Notes under the pieces: model-generated
The model's database searches: none
Told to the model about the DNA's origin: nothing
The model's input: only the letters and a program-made list of their open reading frames with translations
Assembly (NCBI GenBank): GCA_951406725.2
Contig: OX597830.1
Location: forward strand, 11,780,001-11,844,000
Origin: Octopus vulgaris
Taxonomy: Eukaryota
Direction: 5' to 3'
Length of the DNA stretch: 64,000 bases
In this document: positions 46,143 to 59,779 of the stretch, one piece after another
Position numbering within the stretch: position 1 is the stretch's first letter
Layout: each line of letters begins with the position of its first letter
Made by a program: the position numbers and the translations under genes

Positions 46143-46697
46143 TCCTCCTCCTCCTCCTCCTTCTTCTTCTTCTTCTTCTTCTTCTTCTTCTTCTTCTTCT
46201 TCTTCTTCTTCTTCTTCTTCTTCTTCTTCATTTTCTTCTTCTTCTTCTACTTCTTCTTCTTCTCTTCTTTTTCTTCTTCTTTTCTTCTACTTCTTCATTT
46301 TCATCTTCTTCTTCTTCTTCTTCTTCTTCTTCTTCTTCTTCTCCTCCTCCTCCTCCTCCTTCTTCTTCTTCTTCTTCTTCTTCTTCTCCCTCTCCTTCTT
46401 TTTCTTCTTTTTCTTTTTTTCTTCTTTTTCTTTTTTTCTTCTTCTTCTACTTCTTCATTTTCTTCTTCTTCTTCTTCTTCTTCTTCTTCTTCTTCTTCTT
46501 CTTCTTCTTCTTCTTCTCCTCCTCCTCCTCCTCCTCCTTCTTCTTCTTCTTCTTCTTCTCCCCTCCTTCTTCTTCTTCTTTTTCTTCTTCTTCTTCTTCT
46601 TCTCCTCCTCCTCCTCCTTCTTCTTCTTCTTCTTCTTCTTCTTCTTCTTCTTCTTCTTCTTCTTCTTCTTCTTCTCCTCCTCCTCCTCCTCCTCCAC
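46143..46697. repeat. (CTT/CCT)n polypyrimidine microsatellite
   Basis: Seen directly. Confidence 0.98.
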
Positions 46698-47045
46698 CTC
46701 TCCTCCCTCCACGCTATCACGGATCCTTTAGTTTTCAAGGCATCGTGCTTCACACAATCCCTATCTCTCTTTTGCTTTTGATTTTGCTTTATTCAGTTTT
46801 CCTTTTATTTCCATCTCTCTTCCCTGGTTTCCCCCCCCCCGCCACCACCTCCGTCTCTCTCCTCCTTCCAGATAGTTTTTCATTTGAAAGGTAATCACCG
46901 ATCAGTCACTGCGCCTGCGTAGAGAGGGAAAGAATTATATGTGTTATGACTCACGTAACCACAGTTATTAAATAAATTTTATTCACTCTATTTCGCGGTA
47001 TCTAGTACCTTTCCGCATCATTAAAATTCACACTAGTGTGGACCT

Positions 47046-47510
<465 letters not shown>

Positions 47511-47744
47511 CAAGGCATAAATACTGGTCATTACATATTTTTTTGCATTGTAGTAAATCTGACTCACAGCTGTTTCCAGTGGTCATTATGGGTTCGTTAT
47601 TGATATCAGTTTTACTCACCTGGCCCATTGGTCAGTTTAGAAAAATTGAACGACCTGGCAAATTAATGCTACTTTCGTCAGAATCATAATGAGTAAACCT
47701 ACCTTTCAAATGAGCAAACCTATCACATATATAGATATGTAATA

Positions 47745-47814
<70 letters not shown>

Positions 47815-47815
47815 T

Positions 47816-48383
47816 CTCTCTATCCGCTCAGTCGAAGTCGACTCTCGGTCACTCGTTGGATCAGTGTCCTCCAGTCAGTTCTATCCTGGGCCGCTTCTCT
47901 CAGACTGGCCATGTCCATTCCGGTATCACTCCTGATGGTATCAAGCCAGCGGGTTCTTTATCGGCCTCTTCCTCTCTTGCCACTGACCATTCCGAGCATG
48001 ATGTCCTTCTCCAGGGATTTTCTCCGCATAATATGACCGAAATATGCCAATCTATACTTGGTGATCCTAGCTTCTAGCGACATTTTCGGCCTTATCTGCT
48101 TAAGAACTTCCCCATTGGTGAGCCTCGCTGTCCATGGAATCCGTAAAAGTCTTCTCCAACACCAAAGCTCGAATGCATTAATTCTCTTCTGGTCAGCTTT
48201 CTTTAGTGTCCAGGTCTCGCATCCATATGTTGCTATTGGGAAGACAATTGCATTCACCAATCTGCAATAGGTAGCGAATCTGATGTCTCTACTCTTCCAG
48301 ACCCTGCTCATGCTGACCATTGCCTCTCTGGAGTGCAGTCACCATCTCGATTTATTTTGGAGCCAAGGAAGATGAAATCATCA
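47816..48383 (-). mobile_element. RTE/BovB-like LINE 3' end in (TAG)n
   Basis: VFPIATYGCETWTLKKAD..RINAFELWCWRRLLRIPWT...YFGHIMRR..LEK..MLG...GKRGRGR; 3' GAGTCG...CGACT motif. Confidence 0.93.
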
Positions 48384-48510
<127 letters not shown>

Positions 48511-48653
48511 ATAATAATAATAATAATAACAATAATAATATAATGATTATTACTATTATTTTCATTACTAGCAGGACCCGTGAATATTTTACGGAATTAA
48601 TGGTAAACTTATTGGGTTATTTCTGAAAAGTCTATCAAAAAAATCTGAATATA

Positions 48654-48732
<79 letters not shown>

Positions 48733-48749
48733 GTATGTATCTATATATT

Positions 48750-49310
48750 TCTCATTTATAGACCTCTTCATTCCTACATAACTACAATAATCTTAAGATA
48801 GATTGATTGCTTAAATTCCACTATTATTTCTCTTTTAATAATTTTATCTTTCCTCTGTTTATACTTTATCTAATAACAATAATATAATACACCTTATAAT
48901 AATTGATTCCTTTGTATGCATATACATATACATATAAATGTAGAGATATGTATTTATGTATATTTATGTATATGTATGTATATGTAAAAATGTGTATATA
49001 TGTATGTATTTATATTTATAACTTAACTTAACTTTATGAACTTTCTAAACTCCCTGACGAAGCCCAGAGGCACACCCAAGTACCTTAATCGTATCTACCA
49101 AATACTTCAGTTCACTGAAGGGATGGAAGTAAAGTGGGGTACTATGCCCTCTTGGCTGAAACAGCTGTAAGATACTATTCTACTTTCTATGCTCTACGTT
49201 ATATATTTTAATAATTACTGGTATTTTATATTTTATATATTATATATGTAAAGCATATGTTATACATGTATGTATATTGTTATAATTGTGATTTTTAAAT
49301 AAATAAATGG
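48750..49310 (+). repeat. Solo pLTR copy with a hammerhead at 49049-49173
   Basis: Homologous to 37455-38010; stem II base AGCC/GGCU fully paired. Confidence 0.85.
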
Positions 49311-49351
49311 ACATAATATTATAATAATATAAAATTAAATAGACATAATAG

Positions 49352-49430
<79 letters not shown>

Positions 49431-49433
<3 letters not shown>

Positions 49434-50293
49434 TGTATCCCAAAATATTTGTCATAATTTCGCCACCTAATATCTCGAACAATTTTCGTCCAAATTGTCT
49501 CAAATTTTAGCAGTATGTCTAGAATTCAATACATCTTTAAAATATGATCTTTCGAATGTTTTCTTTTGATAGTTAGACATGTTGTTTGCTGCAACAGAAA
49601 AGGCCTTTTTGTGTATTGAAGTATGCCCAAACTCCGTTAAATGTGAGTGTGTAAGGTGTATTTGTTAGAAGATTTTATAAACAAGCGCCAACAGGGAAGC
49701 AGATTTGGATGTGGCATAAGAAGGTTCAGGCAGAAGGCTGTTTGAGTCGGAAAAAAGAGTCTTCACGGCCAGCAGTTTTAGAAGAGATAGTGAAGCAAGC
49801 CTCAAGTCAACTGTTTGGCGTGTTATAAGAAAACGCTTACGGCTGACACCCCTATAAGCTTCAACTTGTGCAGACTTTAAAGCCTGTTGATAAGCAAAAA
49901 CATAAAACGTTCTGCGAAGATAATCAAGAGAAGCTTGAGTATGACAATTTTGAAAACCGTCTTGTTTTCAGCGACGAGGCCACATTCCATACGAATGGCA
50001 AAGTGGACAAGCAAAAAATTCGCATATGGGGCAACGAAAAACCACGTGACACAATTGAACACGAGAGGGACTTGCCAAAAGTAAATGTGTTTTGTGCCAC
50101 CTAAAAGAGCCGTGATAACTTTGGAACATTATAATATTATCATCTCACGGAATTTTTCGTTAGGAATCTGTAGAATAAAAACCTGTTATGTTCAAAATTT
50201 AGCCTATTAAGTTTCATTTTTCTTGACTGTAGTTATGTAGTTATTCCGATAGGGACATCTCAAATGATGTCAAATTTTGGGGGACAACCTTTG
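49431..50293 (+). mobile_element. Internally deleted Tc1/mariner (rosa/DD41D-like) element
   Basis: FSDEATFHTNGKV...RIWGNEKP....HERDLPKVNVFC; degenerate TIRs next to TA. Confidence 0.8.
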
Positions 50294-50294
50294 C

Positions 50295-50346
<52 letters not shown>

Positions 50347-50423
50347 CATTTGTGTCACCTATCTGTCTGAACGTTTTAATGCCCTCTATTGCGTTTTTGT
50401 TCCATTTTTATATTTATATAGAC

Positions 50424-50501
<78 letters not shown>

Positions 50502-50504
50502 GTT

Positions 50505-50562
<58 letters not shown>

Positions 50563-50638
50563 TCGCCATGTTGATTCGTTAGCTACTGCACGCATTTTTT
50601 TTCTCTCCTTCTTTCTGTGTTTTTTTTCTCTCTGTGTA

Positions 50639-50676
50639 TCTTTCTGTTGAAGAGCGTAGGCTCGAAACGTTAAAGA
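50639..50676 (+). ncRNA. Minimal hammerhead-like motif within unit 50560-50775
   Basis: UCUUU CUGUUGA A GAGC GUAG GCUC GAAAC GUU AAAGA; loopless palindromic stem III; A6U. Confidence 0.7.
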
Positions 50677-50773
50677 CTTGTTTTATTTATATTTCCTGAG
50701 CGCCATACTAATACAATTGTTCGTTTGTTTTCCACCTGCCTTCGTCTTTTGTTTATTTTCATAAAGCTTCCCG

Positions 50774-50809
<36 letters not shown>

Positions 50810-50813
<4 letters not shown>

Positions 50814-51200
50814 CAACAAAAACGCAATACAGGGCATTAAAACGTTCAGACAGAGGAACAGCAATTAGAAGGACAGACAAAAAAGACGGGTCATTCTTGG
50901 CTTTCTTTCATCAGTCAAGTCCCAGAAGTCATGACCATTTCGGACAGTTACATTTGAGATGGTTCGATTCCGTTGTCCCCCAAAAAGTCTAAGCTAAGAG
51001 CATTAGACTCCTTTGTAAGAAAGCTAGCGAATGTGTACGGTAACAAAGACAAAAAGAAAAAACAAATAAACAAATAAAAAACGGAGAAAATGGTACAGAA
51101 TTACGAATACAAACTACAAGAAATAACAACAGGCGTCTTTCGACTGAGAAGGATTCAAATTGCGCTGGCGTGTATGGAGCGAAAGCCTAAAGGCAGGAAC
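50810..51200 (-). repeat. Repeat family X
   Basis: Homologous to 7155-7560. Confidence 0.7.
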
Positions 51201-51207
51201 ATGGGAG

Positions 51208-51289
<82 letters not shown>

Positions 51290-51299
51290 TGTTATTCTT

Positions 51300-51658
51300 T
51301 TATTTTTTATTTGCTTTAGTTATTTGACTGCGGACATGCTGGAGCACTGCTTTTAGTCGAACAAATCGATCCAAGACTTATTCTGTGTAAGCCCAGTACT
51401 TATTGTATCGGTCTTTTACCGAACCACTAGGTTAAGGAGACGTAAACACACCGACATTGGTTGTCAACCGATGGTGGAGGATAAACACACACACATACAC
51501 ACACACACACACATATATACACGACGGACTTCTTTCAGATTCTGTCTACTAAATCCACTCAACAAGGGTTTGGTCGACCGAGGCAATAGTAGAAGACACT
51601 CGCCCAAGGTGCCACGCAGTGGGACTGAACCTGGAACCATGTGGTTGGTAAGCAAGCT
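51300..51658 (-). mobile_element. SINE family A, diverged
   Basis: Reverse copy lacking the extreme 5' end. Confidence 0.88.
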
Positions 51659-51754
51659 ATATATAATATATATGTATGTATATATGTATACTTTGATACT
51701 TTGATAGGTTTCGGCCATTATTGGCCCAGGCCATGTCTAACTTAATAGCACCAC

Positions 51755-51869
<115 letters not shown>

Positions 51870-51947
51870 AATAAAAAGTTTTGAATGGTAAAACAATGCA
51901 CTATAATACAAACAATAGACTATATATTTGTTGTAATTTAATCGTCC

Positions 51948-52054
51948 ATAGTCTGATATGATATTTCGGAATAAAATTCCTTCTTCAGATATTCTTAGAT
52001 GGCTAAGAATATCTGAAGAAGGAATTTTATTCCGAAATATCATATCAGATTATA
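51948..52054. ncRNA. ~107-bp palindrome made of two divergent hammerheads (51951-51993 -, 52008-52051 +)
   Basis: AAUAU CUGAAGA A GGAAU UUU AUUCC GAAA UA UCA U AUC AGAUU; 4-nt spacer ATGG. Confidence 0.8.
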
Positions 52055-52274
52055 TATATATATTTGTTGTGTTAAAAAATGGTTATCACAATTGTACTAA
52101 AATACAGTTATACAGTCTTTGATAATGATAAGAATATGTTAAAAAAATAGAATCTTTGACAATGATAAGAAAATGTTAAGTGGGGTTTTTGTTTAAACAG
52201 TTTACATGAAAGTGTTCAAAATAGGTAGTAAAATAAATTTATATATATCTAATGAAGGATAAAATTTATAATTT

Positions 52275-52488
52275 TACTCTTTTACTTGTTTCAGTCATTT
52301 GACTGCGGCCATGCTGGAGCACCGCCTTTAATCGAGCAACTCGACCCCGGGACTTATTCTTTTTGTAAGCCCAGTACTTATTCTATCGGTCTCTTTTGCC
52401 GAACCGCTAAGTGACGGGGACGTAAATACACCAGCATCGGTTGTCAAGCAATGCTAGGGGGACAAACACAGACACACAAACATACACG

Positions 52489-52524
<36 letters not shown>

Positions 52525-52688
52525 CATATATACGACGGGCTTCTTTCAGTTTCCGTCCACCAAATCCACTCACAAGGCTTTGGTCGGCCCGAGGCTATAG
52601 TAGAAGACACTTGCTCAAGGTGCCACGCAATGGGACTGAACCCGGAACGATGTGGTTGGTAAACAAGCTACTTACCACACAGCCACTT
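52275..52688 (-). mobile_element. SINE family A
   Basis: Reverse copy. Confidence 0.92.
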
Positions 52689-52859
52689 TTTTCGTAGTTC
52701 ATCCAAGCTATTGATGCGTTGTTGTTGTTGCTGTTGTGGCGATCTTCCAAAATGATCTTATTGATGAGACGTTGAATCAGGTTCGTTCTTATTCCTGGTA
52801 AAATCTATGTGGGTTGGGTTGCGAGTTACTTCCTGTAACCTTAGGTACCCACAAGCTTT

Positions 52860-53720
52860 CAATTGTCTTTCAAGTACGTAAAAATCTCTTGATAATCTTT
52901 CCGGTCACTAAGAGGCAAACTTTCTGTAGAAGCTCTACAGGACATTCTGTTCCAATCTTCTTGTCTATATCTTTACTTAGTTCCCAATGCACCAATGATT
53001 ACAGTGCAATTTCAAATATTAACCCTTTCGTGACCAACCCGGCCAAAACTGGCTCTGGCTCTGAGTTCAAAAGTTTTATTTTCATAAGTTCTGAATTAAA
53101 ATCTTCCACCAAACCTTAGTCACAATTTATGTTTGTAACACTAGCTTAATGATAACTAAGTTATTTTACTAAATTCTTTATTATATTTGAAGTAATTGAA
53201 AGAAACACAGAGCATCTCAATAGAAATACAGTAACGAAAGGGTTAAGGGACTGTATTTTTTGCATTTGTCTTTCATCCTTTTTCTTTACAGTCTTGAAAT
53301 CAAACGGACATGAGGGATCAATTCGTAAGCAGTTTCGCTTTTCCTTGTCTACTATTGTTATGCCTGCTCTGTTATATTCTAGCTTCTTATCTGTTTGAAT
53401 AAGAAAATCCCATAAATTTTTGCTTTCCTCCGATTCCACCTCTTTTTCGACCCGTTGGTCTCCAGCATCAAATCCCCATTTCTAACAAAGTTTCCAGTGT
53501 AAACTTTCACAACTTCGTCCTTTTCTGAGACCTTTTCTGGGATATGATTATACCATTTTTTTTCTGTTGTCCTTCCATAGTGTTGGCATAGCTTCCAGTG
53601 TATATAGGTCCCTACTCTGTAAATGCCTGTGGATATATTCCTCCTTAGCCAGGATTGAGCAGCCAGAGAGAATACGATTGTTTCTTCCACATCACCACAT
53701 ATTCTGGATTTACTTATTGT
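52860..53720 (-). mobile_element. R4/Dong-like CCHC/RLE fragment interrupted by a MITE
   Basis: RICG..EET, YIHWKLCQHYG...KWYNHIPEKV, LWDFLIQTDKK..NRAGITIVD. Confidence 0.85.
53023..53242. mobile_element. piggyBac-type MITE
   Basis: TTAA-CCCTTTCGTGAC...GTAACGAAAGGG-TTAA. Confidence 0.88.
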
Positions 53721-54091
53721 ATTCTTCTTCTTCTTCTTCTTCTTCTTCTTCTTCTTCTTCTTCTTCTTCTTCTTCTTCTTCTTCTTCTTCTTCTTCTTCT
53801 TCTTCTTCTTCTTCTTCTTCTTCTTCTTCTTTATTGTTTTCATTATTGTTATGATAATATTTTTTTAACAAAAAGGTCACAATGTCTCGCATGTGTTTCT
53901 GCGACATGTTTATTATCTTGGTGGTTCATCTGCTACCAACATCTGCTGCCAAGATTGAGGATGTACAAGCATGTGTTGCGGCTACGACATCTCCACAGTT
54001 CCTTGACAGTGAGCAGGTGTAGTTGCCGTTCGTCTTACGCGTGTTTCACCAGCTTCTCTCCTTGACGGAGCTGCAGTCTGTGTCAACTAAG

Positions 54092-54169
<78 letters not shown>

Positions 54170-54189
54170 GACAGACAGATAGAGATCTC

Positions 54190-54740
54190 TAGGAAAGTGG
54201 AATATCTTCAAGTGACTACAACCTACGACCAGTCAAACACTGCGATAAGGGAAAAGTATTCTTTAGCGTTCTTTGGAGGATTAGTGGCGGATAAAAGCAA
54301 CGACGTTCTTGGGGAGACCCTAGGCGATTAACTATAAGCTCTCTTTCGGAGGACTTTCAGCCAGGGCCGATGGATAACTTCCAGAAATCCCTGGCCAAGC
54401 AGTTCTACTGGACAGCATTGCTTGTTCGAGATAAACTGAACAGGCACGAAAGTGCCGTCAATCAAGAATGTCCGAGATGCACGTGGGGCGAAGATGCTGT
54501 CTTGCAAGCACCCATCCAGTACCCGAGCTTTGCTGACCAGTTGGTTTATGCTGAACACCTGCTGCCACGCGCAGGACGGATCCAGCTGTCAACATCGTGA
54601 ACTGAGAAAAGGCACCTGCCCCAGAACTTAGGGCACCCGTGGTTTTACGAGGTTTTTCCATGAACAGTCCTCGAACATCTCTTCACCATTGAGGAATACT
54701 CATTGTTAAAGTTTTATTATCACCTTTTTCTTGTTAAACA
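54190..54740 (+). mobile_element. L1/Tx1-like ORF2 C-terminal fragment
   Basis: DNFQKSLA...ALLVRDKL..H.....CPRC...E. Confidence 0.65.
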
Positions 54741-54818
54741 CCATTACACGCAAAAAAACGACACGTCAAAACACACACACACACAAAATATTTTGTCCTA
54801 TGCCGGCCTTAAAGCTTT

Positions 54819-54960
54819 GGATCTTTTCGGTTTGAAAACCCTAACTAACCCTAACCCTAAAAGAGATTGAAATGCAATAGATCGATTCTAGGGTCATAAT
54901 TATGGGTGACAATTCATATGACACCGCTAGAAAAAACTGCCGTTCAAACCGAAAAGGTCC
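54819..54960. mobile_element. Short copy of the 8-bp-TSD MITE with CCCTAA repeats
   Basis: TSD AAAGCTTT at 54811-54818 and 54961-54968; TIR GGATCTTTTCGGTTTGAA. Confidence 0.9.
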
Positions 54961-55034
54961 AAAGCTTTTATTAATGCAAGCTCTTTGTGGTTAATAAAGA
55001 AATCATCATCATCAGCATCATCATTATTATTAAG

Positions 55035-55258
55035 GCACCTAGCTGGCAGATTCGTTAGTATGCCGGAACAAATTCTTAGCAGCATTTCGTCCGTTTTTAC
55101 TTTCCGAGTTCGAATTCCGTCGCGTACGACATTGACTTTTATTATTTCGTGGTCGATAAGATAAGTCACTAGTCAAGTACTGAAGTCGATGATATCTCGA
55201 ATAGCCGCCCCACCCCTCCACTCAAATTTCAAGCCTGTTGCCTTTCGTAGAGAGGATT
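55035..55258 (+). mobile_element. SINE family B, diverged
   Basis: AGCTGGCAGATTCGTTAG...GTTCGAATTCC. Confidence 0.75.
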
Positions 55259-56007
55259 AAACATTTAGCTCACGAAGAATTTTTTTCTGAATGAGCGTAA
55301 ATGATGCAGTGGTAATATTGTCACTTCAAATCGTAGTATGGAATTTTGATAATTTATATGCCACTTTCGAAAAGACAAACCTTTCATGGGAAGGAATCTT
55401 ATATTAATCACTTAGCATTTGTCTGCAGCTCAATTAAGCAGCAAGTTAAAATTTGACAGCAAGTACGCGCTGACGACAAATTTGCATCCGAAAATAGCAT
55501 GACGTTTAACAATAAATTTGACTATGACAAACAAAAAACAAAAACACTTAGCATTAAATATGCAGCTAACGGTGAATGTTGCTTAACGTGAGTTGTTACT
55601 TCCCACCTGCAGCGACAACTGGAATCCAACAGCATTATTGTGGAAATTGATTCTTCACTTCTAAATTGATTTCCTGGTTTACAGTTGATATTTACAAACT
55701 AGATGGGTTGGAATTCTCCACCAGGTTTCCTTGTTTGCATGTAAATGAAATATTTCTGCCGTGAACAATCACGGGGATCGAATTTCTGTAGCATAAAATA
55801 TCTGTAGCTAGTTTTTTTTTCTCTCTCTCTCTCTTACATTTCTCCTTAATACTATCATTGATTTTTAGCTACGTAACGCTGTTGACGATTTCAGCAAGTG
55901 ATTCTTTCGTGTTGCACGCACACTCTCTCATATCAATTAAATTGACGGTTAAAAAAAAGCATTCTTAGCAAGCGTTTCGCTCAATATATTTTGATAGCAG
56001 AGTTAAA

Positions 56008-56050
<43 letters not shown>

Positions 56051-56328
56051 TATTAGTACATAGGTCTGATATATCAAGAATCATAGTTTGCCTTTTTATG
56101 TGTTATTGATGAAGCTAATCAACAAACATCTTTTGTGAATTTTCCATTTGAATAAGACATCAAAGAGTAAAAACAATTAAAACAGTTTATCCTTTTTAAA
56201 TCGGTCGTAAAGGTCATTTAGACTATTTGCAAATTTCGTAGCTGTTCTTTGACTTAGTTACAGCAGCCATTTACTTCAAGCAAGAATCAAATCAACGCAT
56301 ATTCGGTCCGAGTGTATATTTATTGCTA

Positions 56329-56332
<4 letters not shown>

Positions 56333-56417
<85 letters not shown>

Positions 56418-56527
56418 ACACACAGACACACACAGACACACACAGAGACACAGACACACACACACACACACAGACACAGACACACACACACAGACACAGA
56501 CAGACACACACACACAGACACAGACAG

Positions 56528-56559
<32 letters not shown>

Positions 56560-56818
56560 AGACACAGACACACACAGACACACAGACACAGGCACAGACA
56601 CAGACACACACACGCACACACACACGCACAGACACACACACACAGACACACACACACACGCACATCAACGGGGCATAAAAAATGAAGTGCAGTTTTATTT
56701 GGGAAAACATTCACACACACACATGTGTGTGTGTGAATGCTTATGTGTGTGTGTGTGTGTGTGTGTGCATGTGTGCATGTGTGTATGTGTGTGTGTGTGT
56801 GTGTGTGTGCGTGTGTGG

Positions 56819-56863
<45 letters not shown>
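56333..56863. repeat. (CA/CAGA)n then (TG)n microsatellites
   Basis: Seen directly. Confidence 0.97.
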
Positions 56864-56866
<3 letters not shown>

Positions 56867-57035
56867 AGAACAAACAGTAAAAGGTTGTAATTATAGTATT
56901 CGGAATTTCGAATGTCCGAGCGAAGAGCTACGATGCATTCTAGTCGGCTATTAATGGCAACAGACACTATAAAAAAAAAAGCCGTTGAATAAAAGGGAAG
57001 TTACTCTAATAGGTGGAAAAACAAAAGAAAACAAA
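56863..57035 (-). repeat. Left arm of an inverted repeat with a hammerhead-like motif (56893-56951)
   Basis: Reverse complement of 59780-59950. Confidence 0.8.
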
Positions 57036-57106
57036 ACGAAAAGGATTTTTAAAAAGGCACACACAAGCAGGCGCAGGAGTGGCTGTGTGATAAGTAGTTT
57101 ACTTAC

Positions 57107-59154
57107 TGCGTTGTTTTTCGTCGCGGTGGAAGTCACGTCGTACGTGAGAAATTTAACATTTGAAGCACGACTACAGGTAAAGCATTTATTTTGGGGGAGT
57201 TTAGTGAGGTCTGCTGTTTGTATTTAAGTATTTTTTCGAACAGGGATCTCCACTGGGTTCCAGGCATTTGTTTGCCAGTGGTCGTGCAAGAACACTCACT
57301 TCGTAGAGAGAATTGTGCTTATTTTGAGAGGCGTGTCCCTCCGAAAATTTGTTTGGAATTTTCTATGACTGTATTTTTGCCCTTTCAAGTGGATTTTTAC
57401 CATAAAAGATAGGAGTACAGCCAGAGTTGGACGGAATATTATCTGTGCTGTGAAGGACTACCAGTTTGGATTACCAGAGTAGCAGAATTGTGCTGTGTTG
57501 CGTTGCCATTTTGGACTATCTTCCTTCGCTCTTTTTTCTCCTGTCTGTCTTTCTGATCTGTTTTGAGTTACTTTATAGACTTTCATTTGAATATTTTGAT
57601 TTTTGTTTGTGTTTTTTTTAAATTTTTGTTTTGGCTATCAACATAGCAACTGTGAAATCCACTTTGGAGTGGAAAATTGTAGCCCCCAAAGAATAGTTGA
57701 AAAATTATACGGAGAGAATGGTAGTGTTAAGACCCTATTCCAGGGTCCTCGACACCATCAAGGTCTTCTGTCAGGAAGAAATTGAGAAGGAGTTGGCAGA
57801 CTATCTGCCAACTGTTAGGTTTATCCGCAGGGGTGCGAAGCATACAAATGTGTGTACTTTTTGACACCCCTGCGGAAGCTCGTGATTTTGCGAGCATGCT
57901 TTGGAGGGGGAAAAAATTATGTTTCTCCCTACTTATGGCGGTAGAAAGTTGACAAGAGCCTGGGTGTGTGGGCTACCACCCGGTATCGAGGCCGAGTGGA
58001 TAGAAGATACTATCTGTTGGGGCCTGGCTAGCGGCCCTGCCAGGCTCTTAAATGTAAAAATGTTGCCTGCGGTTGATTGGGTCGGGTGAAAAGCAATTTT
58101 GACCCTATGGACCCAATCAGCTGATGATCTGGTTTTACCAGATGTTTAAACAATGGCCGGGTCCAGGTACCCGGTGATGGTTGAGGGACGTCCCTCCAAG
58201 TGTCACCTGTGTCTGGAATCGGGCCATATAAAGAAGAACTGTTGCCGGGAACAGGCTAGGGTCCTGGAACAGTTAATGGGAAAGGTATCCCCTGCTCCCC
58301 CAGTGGAAGAAAAAGTCGAGGAGGAGGTAACCTTCTCAAAAACAAAGGGGAAGAAAGGAAAGAAGGTGGGCAACAATGGCTGCTAACCAATGGATCCTGA
58401 GACGGCGGGGGTGGGGGAGGGACCTCCGGAGATGTCGGAGGAACTCCACCCGTCGTAAAAGGAAAAAAGAAGAGAAAAAAGAAAAACGTGGCATTGCCAG
58501 CGACGGCATGCTTCGAACTCCCTTCGATGGAATGTATGCCACCGGAGGGGGGCGAAGATAACCTCGTCAGTGGGATGTGTACCACTGAGGCCCCTTCCAG
58601 TGAAAGTGGTGAAGAATACGTTTTCTTCTATCTCAGGGGAGGGGCTATTGACAGTTTCGTGGAGAATGATATGGATAGTCGGGTCATGACGGACACGACT
58701 TGTATCGACAGCCCATAGTGGCCTTCGCAGGTGGCTGCTCTGGTGCTGGAAAGAAAGTACTGTGATCTTATAATTAACTCGTGTAAAAACGAGAATTATA
58801 GAATTCTCTTTTGGAGCCCCAGATTGCGGTTGCAGGAATGTCTGCAAGTCGCAAGAAAATTACTCGGGGAAGGATTGTAGAGGTTTATCGCCTCCAATTT
58901 GAGTATAAATCGTTTTATATTTGTAAGGCCATTTTAGTCCAAATATATTGTATTTTAAATTGTAAGAGGGTTAATAACTCTATATGTGTCTTTAAAGAAT
59001 AACGTTATAGAGAAGCAGAGGGTCGGCGGGTGCTTTCTGCCTTCTCCCATCTTTATCATTTTTGTATCATAATCATTCGCCTCATTAATGTTTATGCCCA
59101 GCCCGCAAAGCTACCTTATCTATGTGCTGCCTACATGGCAAATTTAATGCATAA
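57107..59154 (+). mobile_element. Internally deleted L1/Tx1-like element (5' UTR, gag-like ORF1 relic, probable ORF2 start, tail) inside a SINE A
   Basis: VMVEGRPSKCHLCLESGHIKKNC zinc knuckle; RLINVYA APE-like motif; 15-bp TSD at 57092-57106 and 59155-59169. Confidence 0.78.
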
Positions 59155-59505
59155 AAGTAGCTTGCTTACCGGGTTCAGTCCCACTGTATGACACTTTGGG
59201 CAAGTATCTTCTACTATAGCCTCGGGCCGACTAAAGCCTTGTGAGTGGATTTGTAGACGGAAACTGAAAGAAGCCCGTCGTATATATGTATATATGTGTG
59301 TGTGTGTTTGTTCTCCAACATCACTTGACAACCGATGCTAGTGTGTTTACGTCCCCGTTACTTAGCGGTTCGGCAAAAGAGACCGATAGAATAAGTGCTA
59401 GGCTTACAAAGAATAAGTCCTGGGGTCGATGTGCTCGACTAAAGGCGGTACTCCAGCATGGCCGCAGTTAAATGACTGAAACAAGTGAAAGAGTAAAAGA
59501 GTAAA
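59155..59505 (+). mobile_element. Remainder of the split SINE A (head at 57069-57106)
   Basis: Continues the SINE consensus after the TSD. Confidence 0.88.
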
Positions 59506-59779
59506 GTGTAAACATATTCGCACAATACATAGATATAAACCTCCTGCGTTCACAACGTCTACATACGTACACGCTCACCCAAACATGTATACGTACATGC
59601 ACATACACACACACATAAACATACATATATGCGTATCTACGTACATGTACATATATGTTTGTGTGTGTGTGTATGTGCATGTACGTATACATGTTTGTGT
59701 GAGTGTGTACATATGTTGACGTTGTGAACGTAGGCAGTTTATGTCTATGCATTGTGAGAATATGTTTGCGTGTTTTATC

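Noticed and set aside
55260-55980. Repeat-free stretch with octamer-like TTTGCAT motifs
   Set aside because: Short motifs expected by chance; no regulatory function can be supported from sequence alone
56333-56863. (CA)n facing (TG)n as a large hairpin
   Set aside because: Low-complexity complementarity that is common throughout this window; no specific evidence
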